Positions 20,780 through 30,970 of a stretch of DNA of 64,000 bases are shown in pieces (position 1 is the stretch's first letter; each line of letters starts with the position of its first letter). Source of the stretch: a virus (lineage: Duplodnaviria; Heunggongvirae; Uroviricota; Caudoviricetes); IMG/VR virus record IMGVR_UViG_3300037418_003103. The stretch is one strand, 5' to 3'. The notes beneath the pieces are model-generated. The model did no database searches. It was not told the DNA's origin and was given only the letters and a program-made list of their open reading frames with translations. The position numbers and the translations under genes were made by a program.

Positions 20780-21089
20780 ATAATTCTTTATGCTTATTTA
20801 ATGCAGTGATATATCTATCAATAGCTGTTTCAAACGGATATGGTATTCTTATAATTTCTGAATCAGGTATTAAAAATTCCAAGCCGCCAAATTCTGGATT
20901 TGCTAGCATAATTAACCACCCACAATAAGGTGTATTATAATACTTGTTACTCAATATGTCAAGCCTTGTTTTACCTTGACGGTAAATAACTGATTTATCA
21001 CTTGTGTCGACACTTATTGGAATTCCAACAACTGGTTTCATGCTACCGTTTGTTCTAAAACTATCATATCTATCGTAGTATTGTGCCAT
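20772..21089 (-). CDS. Baseplate LysM-like protein (gp53/gpX-like)
   Basis: RLDILSNKYYNTPYCGWLIMLANP...IIRIP. Confidence 0.75.
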   Translation of the reverse strand: MAQYYDRYDSFRTNGSMKPVVGIPISVDTSDKSVIYRQGKTRLDILSNKYYNTPYCGWLIMLANPEFGGLEFLIPDSEIIRIPYPFETAIDRYITALNKHKELYG

Positions 21090-21099
21090 TTTTTATAAA

Positions 21100-24000
21100 T
21101 TAAGCTTGTGTAAAGGTTTTGCTCAGTTGTCTACCATCAAATTTAACTTGTAGTGTGTAGGCCTGTCCTGAAACCAATTTATCATTAAACCCTAAAAAAG
21201 TAAATGCCTGAAATAACTCAGACGGATTTAAATTACCTACCCCTATTTGCGTTGGGGTATTATTCATTGAATCTAATAAAAACACCTTGAAATCATAGCC
21301 ATTAGTATTAGTTAAACCCGCATTAGTGGTCACATTAAGAGTTACAGAAATAGCATCACTATCCGTACTAAAATTATAAAAAACAACACTATCTAAATCA
21401 TTAGAACTAACGCTAGTTGTGTTGGTGTTCACATTATTCGCAGTAGTATTAGTGTTAGAAGAATTAATCTCAGACTTTTCAGATTGTGTTGCTGATGCAT
21501 CAGGACTTATTACAGCCACATCCTTATCAGTTTTCATATTTATGTCATTACTCAAAACAGAATTTTCTACATAATCGGCTCTGATATCATAAACTTGTGA
21601 ATTAGCATAGTAATTAAATGATAGCGCGTTCTGTAATTTATTTATAGGGCCTTCGAGTGTAGAGCCACCTATAAATTTAAAAGACATATTCACATTGGCA
21701 ATCATGGGCTGCACACCAACGCCCTCTGGGTTCAGATCCCAAACAAGTGGTTCATAATCAAAATTAATATTATCAATAATAACCTTTATGTTATAAAAGT
21801 CGCCAATTCTAAGTATACAAACTGGTGGTCTTCCAAATGATAAATTATCTACGCCACCCGTTTTAAAGGTTGGCCCCTGTCTTGTACACTGATTAAGAAA
21901 TGTTAATCTAGAGTTTAACCCTTCTGGCGTTGTAGAGTGAAAAGCTGGATGGAAATACTTTATCTTACTTCTAATTTCATCAAAAACAAATGGATCATCG
22001 CCCACCAGTTTCTCAAAAAAGTTTGCTTCATTATAAAATTTCCTTTTTAAATCTTGATTCACCTTTCTATTTGACTTAGACTTTGCAGCATTATTTTCTT
22101 TAGCTTCTGCATCTGTTTTCATATCAGGAACATACTGAAAAGAAACATCTACCCTTCGATCTTTCTTAGCGCCGATAACGCTAAAAGTACCGCTTCCAGT
22201 TAATGGATAATCGCTGGTTGCTTTGGTGTCACCAAGACCAATAACTTGAGTCTTTTTCCTTTGCTCTGCATATGCATCATTTGCATCAAGCATATTAGAT
22301 TTGAACCAGGAATAAAAATTATTAGCTCTATCAGTGGCTAATTTATTATTAGCATCAGTCCATCCTTGTTTGCTTGCATATCCTTTAATTGTAACTTGAC
22401 AATGAGGACATTTTTCTTTTAAGTAAGTTTTCATGGCTGTTATGTATGTAGAATCTAAAAATCCATCATATTCAACGCCGTCAAGAGTTATTGGTTTTGC
22501 ATTAAGGCCATAATCTGTTACATCTGTTAATGTTCTACTTGAATATGTCACGCCGTTGTGGGTCTGCGGCTCTGTTTGATACTGACCAAAAGGGATACCA
22601 TCTCCGTCCTCATAACCCTCATAACCCTCTATATGAGTGATATCATTCAAAAAATATACACTAAATCCATCTGGTGGTATTTCCGCCTTATCAACTTTTT
22701 TTATTGGTTGAATGAAGTTATTTTGCTCTATTTTATTCTTCTCATCGTTTGTCATTTTGTCGAGCCATCTAGAGCTTATGGTCGTACATCCAGCAAAATA
22801 AGAGTCAATCTCGTCATCAGTTGGTCCATTTCCACCTTGGAAGCCATTAACCTGACTTGGATGATCCACGATAATCTTAAAAGTTAATGTTCCAGTCCTT
22901 TCTGAATTATTGTGCGTATAAACTGGTTCACCCCTTCCAATAAAATTAGTTGTTTCCCAATTAGCCGTTGCATTCTCGGTAAATGAAATATCATAGGGTG
23001 GAAACCACATTATTCTTCCAAATATACTGGGGTTTGTTGGATCACCTGGTCCTTGTTCACACAAGGGTAAGTTATTAGCTGGTGTACCAGCCCAAGCAAG
23101 GTTTTCAATAGAGAGCATGTATTTTTTAATATTTGTCCCTCTTTTATTTTTATTATCTAAATCTTTATTATCATTATCGCTCTTATACGGGCCTATCTTT
23201 ACAAAGCCGTTGTCATCCAATACACTACTACTTGTATTATGAGGCCTCCAATGATTTACATCCATTGAATTAATGCCGTTTAAACCACTATGCCTGATTA
23301 GATTGTTAACACTATCATACCGATCATACGTTGTCCAGCTTCTACAAAAAATATCCTCAGGATTTTGATTACCTGAAGTGTTTGTTAATGCATCCTTGGT
23401 TCTAACGTTACTACCTCTAGACACAGCTCCATTCACTACAGCCGTATTTATTTGAGAAGGTTTAACATTAGTATCTCCCTTAACAGATAACACAGTTTTC
23501 ATTGCTTTATCATTAAAAAGAGCTTGAGTTTTAGCTAGAAGGCTCTTTTTTGGAGCATCTGTTAAAGGTCTTCCTAAGGTAGTTGCATTTACTTGCTTTT
23601 GTCTTCCGTTTATATCAACTACTCCTGGCTTTGAGACCCAACTAAAGGTTGGTTCAGATATACTACGAGAAGAATAATCATCTCCTAAATCGCCAAAAGA
23701 ATTATCATATAAGGTTGGAATCGTACCTCCAGATAATGAAAATGAAACAAAACCCTTACCATCATCATAAGCATATATTGAAGCACTACCACTTATTATC
23801 GACTTGTTATTTAATTGATACGCAGGACAATAACCGCTCCTGAACACACTAGTGTCTGGCGAATCATTTTTACTAGTACCGTTTAAATTAGCTGACATTT
23901 GTAGCCCAAGAGCAGCAACTTGGCCCTTACCTGTATTTGTAAGCATGTTGTTAGCTCTCTGAACATTTCCAATTCCACCGTTCTCTGTAAAAAAAATTGA

Positions 24001-24969
24001 ACCACCACTACTCAATTTACTTACAGGTAATTGAAATCCAAGAATATCTTCTCCTATGTTTGCAATTTTTCCTAATGTATCACTACTATCATTTACTGTA
24101 ATACTATAATTTGGTCTAATACCAGAAAGTTTTCCATCCTTTATAATGCTTAAAATATTATCTTGTAAATCTAATGCACCAAGACCTTTTTGTTCGGCAT
24201 TAAATATTGAATTGTTTGTCATAGCGTTTGCAAGGGCCTTGGCGCCTATAACACCTATTGGCGTATCCTTCATTAAACCAACTGAAGTTAAAACTCTTCC
24301 TGCAATTGAAGATCTAAGATCAAAATTGCTGATTATTTGACCGCTATTAGTATTAAACCCTACCCCCTGGCCATTAATTAAACTACCAATGACATCTGTA
24401 GCTTGTTCAAGGCTGTCATTATCGATATTTAAATTGCCATTATTGTTTAAATAACCATCAATGTGTCTATTAGAATACAGTTGATTACCTTGTATAATAC
24501 TAGATGAATCTATTTGGGATTCGGTATCCAAATATAAGTTATTAGAGGTTATTTGCTTACGAAACCCCTGGTCTTGTGTTTTACTTAACAGTCCTGACTT
24601 ATCTATTGTTTCTATATAAGGTTTATCGCTTACATGCGTAGATGAAGTATTATCAATACTAATTAGTTGATTAGCTGTTGCAGATTGATCCTTGAATGTA
24701 TTGAATCTAACAGATGATTCCACATTATCAAGACTAGTATCGGTTACACTTTTTTGTTCAATGATGGTATTGTTACCTGTAGATGTGTCAAGGAACGGTT
24801 CTCCACCTCTTGGCGCACCATTAATTGAGGTTAGTAGTTGAGGGTATTTGGTTGGATTCTGTATATTTCTATGCAATAGAAAGTCCCGTACATTATAAGT
24901 TTTGTTAATACTATTAATAGTATTTTTACTTTCAGGTGTTGGCGCAGAAGTATTATACGAAACGGGCAT
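21100..24969 (-). CDS. Baseplate / tube-initiator-like protein with inserted OmpA-like domain
   Basis: WFPPYDISFTENATANWETTNFIGRGEPVY and PPVCILRIGDFY flank IKGYAS...NNKLATDRAN...DRRVDV (OmpA C-terminal signature). Confidence 0.65.
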   Translation of the reverse strand: MPVSYNTSAPTPESKNTINSINKTYNVRDFLLHRNIQNPTKYPQLLTSINGAPRGGEPFLDTSTGNNTIIEQKSVTDTSLDNVESSVRFNTFKDQSATANQLISIDNTSSTHVSDKPYIETIDKSGLLSKTQDQGFRKQITSNNLYLDTESQIDSSSIIQGNQLYSNRHIDGYLNNNGNLNIDNDSLEQATDVIGSLINGQGVGFNTNSGQIISNFDLRSSIAGRVLTSVGLMKDTPIGVIGAKALANAMTNNSIFNAEQKGLGALDLQDNILSIIKDGKLSGIRPNYSITVNDSSDTLGKIANIGEDILGFQLPVSKLSSGGSIFFTENGGIGNVQRANNMLTNTGKGQVAALGLQMSANLNGTSKNDSPDTSVFRSGYCPAYQLNNKSIISGSASIYAYDDGKGFVSFSLSGGTIPTLYDNSFGDLGDDYSSRSISEPTFSWVSKPGVVDINGRQKQVNATTLGRPLTDAPKKSLLAKTQALFNDKAMKTVLSVKGDTNVKPSQINTAVVNGAVSRGSNVRTKDALTNTSGNQNPEDIFCRSWTTYDRYDSVNNLIRHSGLNGINSMDVNHWRPHNTSSSVLDDNGFVKIGPYKSDNDNKDLDNKNKRGTNIKKYMLSIENLAWAGTPANNLPLCEQGPGDPTNPSIFGRIMWFPPYDISFTENATANWETTNFIGRGEPVYTHNNSERTGTLTFKIIVDHPSQVNGFQGGNGPTDDEIDSYFAGCTTISSRWLDKMTNDEKNKIEQNNFIQPIKKVDKAEIPPDGFSVYFLNDITHIEGYEGYEDGDGIPFGQYQTEPQTHNGVTYSSRTLTDVTDYGLNAKPITLDGVEYDGFLDSTYITAMKTYLKEKCPHCQVTIKGYASKQGWTDANNKLATDRANNFYSWFKSNMLDANDAYAEQRKKTQVIGLGDTKATSDYPLTGSGTFSVIGAKKDRRVDVSFQYVPDMKTDAEAKENNAAKSKSNRKVNQDLKRKFYNEANFFEKLVGDDPFVFDEIRSKIKYFHPAFHSTTPEGLNSRLTFLNQCTRQGPTFKTGGVDNLSFGRPPVCILRIGDFYNIKVIIDNINFDYEPLVWDLNPEGVGVQPMIANVNMSFKFIGGSTLEGPINKLQNALSFNYYANSQVYDIRADYVENSVLSNDINMKTDKDVAVISPDASATQSEKSEINSSNTNTTANNVNTNTTSVSSNDLDSVVFYNFSTDSDAISVTLNVTTNAGLTNTNGYDFKVFLLDSMNNTPTQIGVGNLNPSELFQAFTFLGFNDKLVSGQAYTLQVKFDGRQLSKTFTQA

Positions 24970-25015
24970 GCTTTATTTTATTAATAAATAGCTTAGAAAA
25001 GATTTATTAATAAAA

Positions 25016-25717
25016 CTAATTATAGAGTTTAAAAGTCTCCATCAATTCAGCTACCAGATCAGAATTATCAATTCCATATTTTTTTAGGATACCGTTTAAT
25101 TTTAATTTATTATTATAATCTTCAACAGATTTCGGCGCAAGAGATTTAAATAAACTTGAATGACTATTAAAAACTTTTTTATATCTTTCTTGTATTTTAT
25201 TCCATAATTCAAGTCTTTCGTATTGAGTTGATAATTTCAATAATTCGAAGAAAATATGATTATCCTTATGAAAATTATAAATCATTCCTGACTCAGCAAT
25301 TTGAATTCCGAATGATAGTATCCTAATAGAATGATAAACACTCTTGATCCCAGCCATCAAATCATAATCACCAGTAACTATTAATTTCTTTTTTCCTTTG
25401 ACAAACGAATTTGAGGCTATTGTTGAGATTGAGGTTCGTAATTTTCTCTTATCCAATACAAATTTAAAGTCATGAGTTTTCTTTAGTATAAATTCTTCTG
25501 GTGAAAAGAAGCATTCTAGCATTTGAATATCACATTCATTAAGTAATGACTGAAAGGATTCAATAGTAAATATATGTGTATTAATATCTTTTGATTCAAA
25601 ATATTTTTTAGCAACAATAATGTAATCCCTATCAGAATTGGCGTGGTTTGATCCATACACAAAAGATCCAAATTGATACACATTTAAAATGTTACTATCA
25701 TTCAAAAATTCTTCCAT
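25016..25717 (-). CDS. Pol-beta-superfamily nucleotidyltransferase
   Basis: YQFGSFVYGSNHANSDRDYIIV (GS...DxD) plus helical C-terminal domain; TATCTTTG promoter element at 25734-25741 (-). Confidence 0.75.
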   Translation of the reverse strand: MEEFLNDSNILNVYQFGSFVYGSNHANSDRDYIIVAKKYFESKDINTHIFTIESFQSLLNECDIQMLECFFSPEEFILKKTHDFKFVLDKRKLRTSISTIASNSFVKGKKKLIVTGDYDLMAGIKSVYHSIRILSFGIQIAESGMIYNFHKDNHIFFELLKLSTQYERLELWNKIQERYKKVFNSHSSLFKSLAPKSVEDYNNKLKLNGILKKYGIDNSDLVAELMETFKLYN

Positions 25718-25776
25718 GAAAACTTTTTAAGTGCAAAGATAGTGTTTTTAAACAAAAAAAGACACAGTTAGTGCCT

Positions 25777-25976
25777 TATATTATATTAATAATATTATAA
25801 TATTTATAATACTAGTTATTATTAATAATATTATTTATATTATTAGTTATTATTTATTAATAATATTTTATTTAAAACTATAATTAATTTATATTACTAG
25901 TTATATTATATATATAAAAATACTAAAAATTTCTGACATTAACCAACTTTTTTATAAAAATTTTTATTTTTTTTTT
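25777..25976. other. Extremely AT-rich non-coding tract; candidate replication origin / unwinding element
   Basis: ~200 nt almost free of G/C, with recurring TA(C/T)TAGTTAT units and TAATATT-type palindromes. Confidence 0.35.
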
Positions 25977-28400
25977 TTAAAAACTTGGTTGACCACTTAT
26001 TTTACCGCCATTTAAAGCCTTGGATGTTTCAACATGAACCATCTTAGTTATATTTCTTATAAATTCGCTATTTTTCAATAAATCTCCTGTTATATCTACG
26101 CCGTTTGAATTACTATCAGATTTTAAAACAATACTTCCATTAATAGTAATTTCTCCGAAGTTAACATCCATACTACTTGATGCTGCTGATTTAACTGCCG
26201 TGTCAAATACTCCGTTAGGCTTAGCAGCAATCAGTTCATCCTTGTTATCAATTGGTGTTATTCTTCCATTCTCAATTATTCCTCTATTCTTAGTATAGTT
26301 ACTTTTGTCTTTACCATTGAATATTGCGTCACCAGCAGCAGGTCCAATAACAGCAGTATCATCTTCTTGGTTAGCCTTGACTGCACCATAAATGAGTCCA
26401 AGGGCAGCGCCTATTCCTGTTCCCCAACCTGGTAGAATCATGCTACCCATTGCGGCACCATTTAATCCGCTACTTAGTATATTACCCGCCTTATTTGCAG
26501 TACTTCCTTTATCTGTGAAGTTATCAGTTAATGCCTGAACTCCGAACCCAGCGGCACCCAAGCCAACACCCAATCCAAGTCTTTTACCAAGCCCACTCTT
26601 CAGCGATCCAAACATACCTGAACCTGAACCAGCCATACCCGCCTTAGCCACTGTTAAGAACCCTTCGCCTAGACTAACGCCGTTTCCATACCATTTAACA
26701 GCGTTAAATAAAAGACTGCCACCGATAATAGTAGCAAGCGTACCTCCTGGCCCTAAGGTAAATGCGATACTTGCAAGACTCTTAATTACACCCGCTACGC
26801 CACCTAAAAAGTTACCTACATTTTTACCTAAAGATACTAAATCTTGTTTAAATTCTGGACTATCAAATATTTTTCTGACAAAAGGTACTAATACGTTGTT
26901 TAAATTTTCAATAATAGGAAGCATTGCAGTTTTAAATAAATCCAGCGTATTAGCCAATGCGTCATCAAAGTTTTGTGCATTCTTTGCTTGCTGTGCAAGA
27001 GTTTCCTTTTGTTTTACAGCGTTTTGAATGGCCTGCATATCCGTTTTAGTTAACGCACTCACTAATTTATCACCAACCTGTCCTTGTACATGAATAGTTG
27101 CATTTCCGTTTTCATCTAAAGATGATATTCCTTCAATATATTCCTGGGTTTTTTTATCTACATTATTTAGTTTAATTTGTGCATCTATATGAGAAAACTT
27201 AGCAGCATTCTTGGCTGATTTTGCAAGCTGTTCAAAGTCAAGTCCAGTTGCTTGTGCAACAGCTCTAAGCCTCTGCATATCAAGTGGAGCTATATCAAAT
27301 TCTTTTGTTTCCTTATTAAAAGTCGCTGTACTCTTGACAGCTTCAATGATGGACGTATTAAGAGCGTTCATGTCATTACGCGCCATGTACATCAATTTAA
27401 ACGGATCTGCAAGCGCCGCCCATCGTCCACCAAGCACTTGCAATTGTGCGGACATTTCAACAGCTCCTTCAATGTTGAATAATTTTTCAGCCATTGGTGC
27501 AACTAGTTCCATACTTGTTTGCATTTTAGCTGCAGACATAGCCATATCCTTTAATCCTTTGGCACCCTCCTTAAAATTATACTTGTTTAAAAGACTTATG
27601 TTTTCTCTTATATTTTTAATAACAACCGAAGAGTTTACGCCACTAGATCGCGCTTCCTGAACAGCAGACTGAATGTAGTCTCTAGTAGATGCAGCTCCTT
27701 TACCAATTGCATCCATGGATGCAACCATAGCAGCAGCTCCTTCTGATCCAAGCATAGTCCCCTTTGCTAGTTGCGCCATAGCACGACTACCCGCTTCGGT
27801 AAAAGTTACAGAACGGCCTATTTGTTCACTATAATCTGCTTGCATTTTAGCAATGTCCTGCATGCCTACGCCCAAATTAAGGGTTGATTCACCCATTTTA
27901 TCCACACCAACAGTTGAATCAAATATACTTTTTGAAAGATCTTTTGTTTGAGCATTAACTAGACCCATTGATAAAGCGGTTGTTTTAACCGCTTTGCTCA
28001 TTTCAAATAATCCAGAACTTTTTATTTTACCCCAAGTATCCCTAAGAGTATTAAAAGCAATAGCAGTTAGCTTGAATATTCCTTCAGCTGCCATTCGTTC
28101 TTTATTAGCGTTTTTAACCGCTTCAATATATGTTTTATTTTGATCTTTAAGTAGTTTTAATTTGGCCTCAGCAAGTTTAAGTGCAAGCTCATCAGCATCA
28201 CTATTTTCATTATTTACATCGGAAGCTTTTTCTCTTAGTTCTAGAATACTCTTTTCAATGGCACGAATATTAGCCTGGCCCTTTCCAATCTTTTGAATCA
28301 TACTCAGGTAGGATTGAGTAGATTCGTTAATCTTCATTTGAAGCTTGGCTTGTTCCCTTAATTGATTAAAGGCTCTCTGTGATTCTGATTCTAATGACAT
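25977..28400 (-). CDS. Tape measure protein-like
   Basis: 807 aa, Ala-rich and helical, with Gly-rich hydrophobic C-terminal segments (GAAMGSMILPGWGTGIGAALG); downstream of the tail chaperone genes. Confidence 0.7.
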   Translation of the reverse strand: MSLESESQRAFNQLREQAKLQMKINESTQSYLSMIQKIGKGQANIRAIEKSILELREKASDVNNENSDADELALKLAEAKLKLLKDQNKTYIEAVKNANKERMAAEGIFKLTAIAFNTLRDTWGKIKSSGLFEMSKAVKTTALSMGLVNAQTKDLSKSIFDSTVGVDKMGESTLNLGVGMQDIAKMQADYSEQIGRSVTFTEAGSRAMAQLAKGTMLGSEGAAAMVASMDAIGKGAASTRDYIQSAVQEARSSGVNSSVVIKNIRENISLLNKYNFKEGAKGLKDMAMSAAKMQTSMELVAPMAEKLFNIEGAVEMSAQLQVLGGRWAALADPFKLMYMARNDMNALNTSIIEAVKSTATFNKETKEFDIAPLDMQRLRAVAQATGLDFEQLAKSAKNAAKFSHIDAQIKLNNVDKKTQEYIEGISSLDENGNATIHVQGQVGDKLVSALTKTDMQAIQNAVKQKETLAQQAKNAQNFDDALANTLDLFKTAMLPIIENLNNVLVPFVRKIFDSPEFKQDLVSLGKNVGNFLGGVAGVIKSLASIAFTLGPGGTLATIIGGSLLFNAVKWYGNGVSLGEGFLTVAKAGMAGSGSGMFGSLKSGLGKRLGLGVGLGAAGFGVQALTDNFTDKGSTANKAGNILSSGLNGAAMGSMILPGWGTGIGAALGLIYGAVKANQEDDTAVIGPAAGDAIFNGKDKSNYTKNRGIIENGRITPIDNKDELIAAKPNGVFDTAVKSAASSSMDVNFGEITINGSIVLKSDSNSNGVDITGDLLKNSEFIRNITKMVHVETSKALNGGKISGQPSF

Positions 28401-29449
28401 TAGCCTTGAGGTTTAAATAATCTTATAATTGCTGTCTTGGATAATTGGTGTTTATACCCATCATTTGTATATAATTCTACTTTTGCTTTAAATACATCCT
28501 TTTGGTAAGGAAGGGTCTTATAGACAAAAACTCTGAACTTAGGATTATCTTCATCTGCTTCATGCGTTAGTGTAACATAATCAGATCCTAATTCACTAGG
28601 AACTACGGTTAAATTTTCGTAAACAACATCAAAAAGTATTTTGAAATCAGAATCAGGGATGTCGATATCCTTACCAATTGCTTCCATGTTCCAAACACTA
28701 TCCAATGGAAGTAATTTAAAGATTTCTTTCCCACTTTTTTGTTGAGTGTAGTTGTTAATGAGTTGTTCAGCAGGAACGATACCAACTGGATCACCTATTT
28801 TTATAAGACCCAGTAATTTTGGCTCATGATAAAAAGCTTTTCGAATGGTAGGATCATTCATTATATAATTATAAACGTCCAATCCCCTCTTTTTATCTAA
28901 TTGAGTTTCATCCTCAGGCGTGCTCTCAGGTTTGCTCTCAGGAGTATCTTCAGGTGCCTCTGTGCTTTCGGGCTCAGAGTGTATCTGTTCAGGGTGTGGC
29001 TCTTGAATAGGCTTGGGTTTATTTATTATATTTTTTTTCTTATTTTTAAAAATTTTCTTTGATGCAGGATATACAGTGTTAGAAGATTCGTCTTTTAATT
29101 GAAACCCAGTCACTTGATGCAGAGCTTCTGTCAATTTAACGGGCTTATGATCGTCGTCAATTTCGTATTTTATATATACATTATCTCCACCTACCTTAAC
29201 GTCTGTTAAATTTCCAGACCAATTAAAGTATTTACTATTTGGATTATCGTTAACAATTATCTTACCACCCTGATAATCTAAGAGTCTATAAGTGTTGACA
29301 CCCTTTAATGTTTTAACCAAAATGTAAGCAGTACCAGGATGCTCTGATAAAAGAGTTTGAATATTTTGCAACGCTTCCGTCAGTATCTCTTCTTTTAAGA
29401 GATTATTTAATTTTAAAAATTGACTTTCTGTTATTACGATCTTACTCAT
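28400..29449 (-). CDS. Hypothetical protein with PES/PED linker repeats
   Basis: 349 aa; N-terminal KIVITESQFLKL motif; ATATTTAT motif upstream. Confidence 0.65.
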   Translation of the reverse strand: MSKIVITESQFLKLNNLLKEEILTEALQNIQTLLSEHPGTAYILVKTLKGVNTYRLLDYQGGKIIVNDNPNSKYFNWSGNLTDVKVGGDNVYIKYEIDDDHKPVKLTEALHQVTGFQLKDESSNTVYPASKKIFKNKKKNIINKPKPIQEPHPEQIHSEPESTEAPEDTPESKPESTPEDETQLDKKRGLDVYNYIMNDPTIRKAFYHEPKLLGLIKIGDPVGIVPAEQLINNYTQQKSGKEIFKLLPLDSVWNMEAIGKDIDIPDSDFKILFDVVYENLTVVPSELGSDYVTLTHEADEDNPKFRVFVYKTLPYQKDVFKAKVELYTNDGYKHQLSKTAIIRLFKPQG

Positions 29450-29480
29450 GTGGTGTTGTTCTGTTTAATAAATATCATTA

Positions 29481-29518
29481 AAAATAAAAGCCTAAATAAT
29501 TATTTAGGCTTTTATTTT
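29481..29518. terminator. Perfect 38-bp palindrome / terminator
   Basis: AAAATAAAAGCCTAAATAA|TTATTTAGGCTTTTATTTT directly after the chaperone ORF2 stop. Confidence 0.7.
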
Positions 29519-29778
29519 AATATATTTTTCCTTCCATCATCTGTGTTTTCAGGGCTTCTCCACTAAGTATGGTGGTTTTACTTCCCTTTCCATTTTGAAT
29601 TGATACAGGCGGATTATCTGATTGCCGTTCTTTTTTTCTATTTAATAACCCAAGGAAATATCTCCTTTTATAAGTTGGCATTTTCATAACCTCAGTATAA
29701 CCAAATCCTATTTGTGTTTTACAAATATAAATTTCGTCTAAAATATTTTTATTATACTCATAGGTTAGGCCAAAAAAA
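29517..29778 (-). CDS. Tail assembly chaperone extension (frameshift product, G-T-like)
   Basis: FFGLTYEYNKNILDEIYICKTQIGFGYTEVMKMPTYKRRYFL; no ATG near its 5' end; overlaps the upstream ORF at a T7 run. Confidence 0.6.
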
Positions 29779-30888
29779 CTTGGTGCTAAGCGGAAGAAAT
29801 GTAGAAATAGAACCACCTCCAGGGGTTCTAACAGTGACGTTTAAATCGATGCCACTTTCAATTGTCTCTATATATTCTTTTAATTTTGATGCATCCATAA
29901 GTCTTATTCTTTTGGCATAGTCGTCAATGAATGACCTATCCCTGTTTCCATTAACTTCAATAATATGCTTCTGAATAACATATGTATTTTTATTATTAAC
30001 AATGACACCATCTTCCTTTTCCTTCTGAAGAATAGCCTCTATGTCTTCCACATCACCAACGCTAAGTAATTTAAATTTTATAGAATCCTTAGATATATTA
30101 AAAGTGTAATCAAAAAGTCCCTCGTCGTCTGGTTCGGCGCCTAATTTTTTATATTCAAGAGTGTTTAAATCAATTTCTGTTTCAAAAGCTTGATCTAATT
30201 CATCTAGCAGGGTCACGGGATACATTTCTCCATAACTGGTTGCTCTAAGCCAAATCATGATTGCATTTCTATCGCCTGTATGTAGGTCTCTGTATCTAAT
30301 ATTTGGCTCTATCAGTTTTCTGTTTATAAGAACCTCTAAAAAATATCCAGAATTTAATAAGTTTGGTGAAGTTAAAATATCTTCGTCAGCTGTTGTTAAA
30401 TAAGCAACTTTAAGAGATTTTTTACCACCTTTATATAACTTACCCTCTGATGGAATAGGGATCAGGTCAAATGGTGAGTCATAATCAGGTTGACTGATCT
30501 CCTTAATTTTACCTAAATCAGAAACGCTTGAAGTCTTCGTATCAGTAGGGGATGATTTTGCTTGCATAAATTTGTTATCTTGAGTATTAATATATTTTTC
30601 GTAGTTTGGAGCAGCAACAGGCGGGTTGAATGGTTGATCCATCACTTTTTCCACTGAATTATGATATTTATCGGTTTGTTCTCTTTGTTTTTTCATAGCT
30701 TCATCTCGTTGTTTCAATTGTTCTTCCGTACGTTTTTTCATCACCTCAATAGAATCCCATTCTCCGTTTTGTTCTGCAGCATTTGAATATATTTCAGACG
30801 TAATAGCTACTTTCTTTTTTTCATACTCTCGTATTTTATCTTCCGTAATTGGCTCCTTTGAAGGGAAAACATTTGGCTTCTTTTCCAT
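29758..30888 (-). CDS. Tail/baseplate assembly chaperone (T4 gp26-like)
   Basis: IPIPSEGKLY...YLTTADEDILTSPNL...GDRNAIMIWLRATSYG...ends TKFFWPNL. Confidence 0.75.
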   Translation of the reverse strand: MEKKPNVFPSKEPITEDKIREYEKKKVAITSEIYSNAAEQNGEWDSIEVMKKRTEEQLKQRDEAMKKQREQTDKYHNSVEKVMDQPFNPPVAAPNYEKYINTQDNKFMQAKSSPTDTKTSSVSDLGKIKEISQPDYDSPFDLIPIPSEGKLYKGGKKSLKVAYLTTADEDILTSPNLLNSGYFLEVLINRKLIEPNIRYRDLHTGDRNAIMIWLRATSYGEMYPVTLLDELDQAFETEIDLNTLEYKKLGAEPDDEGLFDYTFNISKDSIKFKLLSVGDVEDIEAILQKEKEDGVIVNNKNTYVIQKHIIEVNGNRDRSFIDDYAKRIRLMDASKLKEYIETIESGIDLNVTVRTPGGGSISTFLPLSTKFFWPNL

Positions 30889-30970
30889 GATATTTTTTAT
30901 TTAAATATAGATGTATAAGGTTTTTTGTAAAGTGGATTTACATTTTAAAATTATTTATTATCATCCTAGT

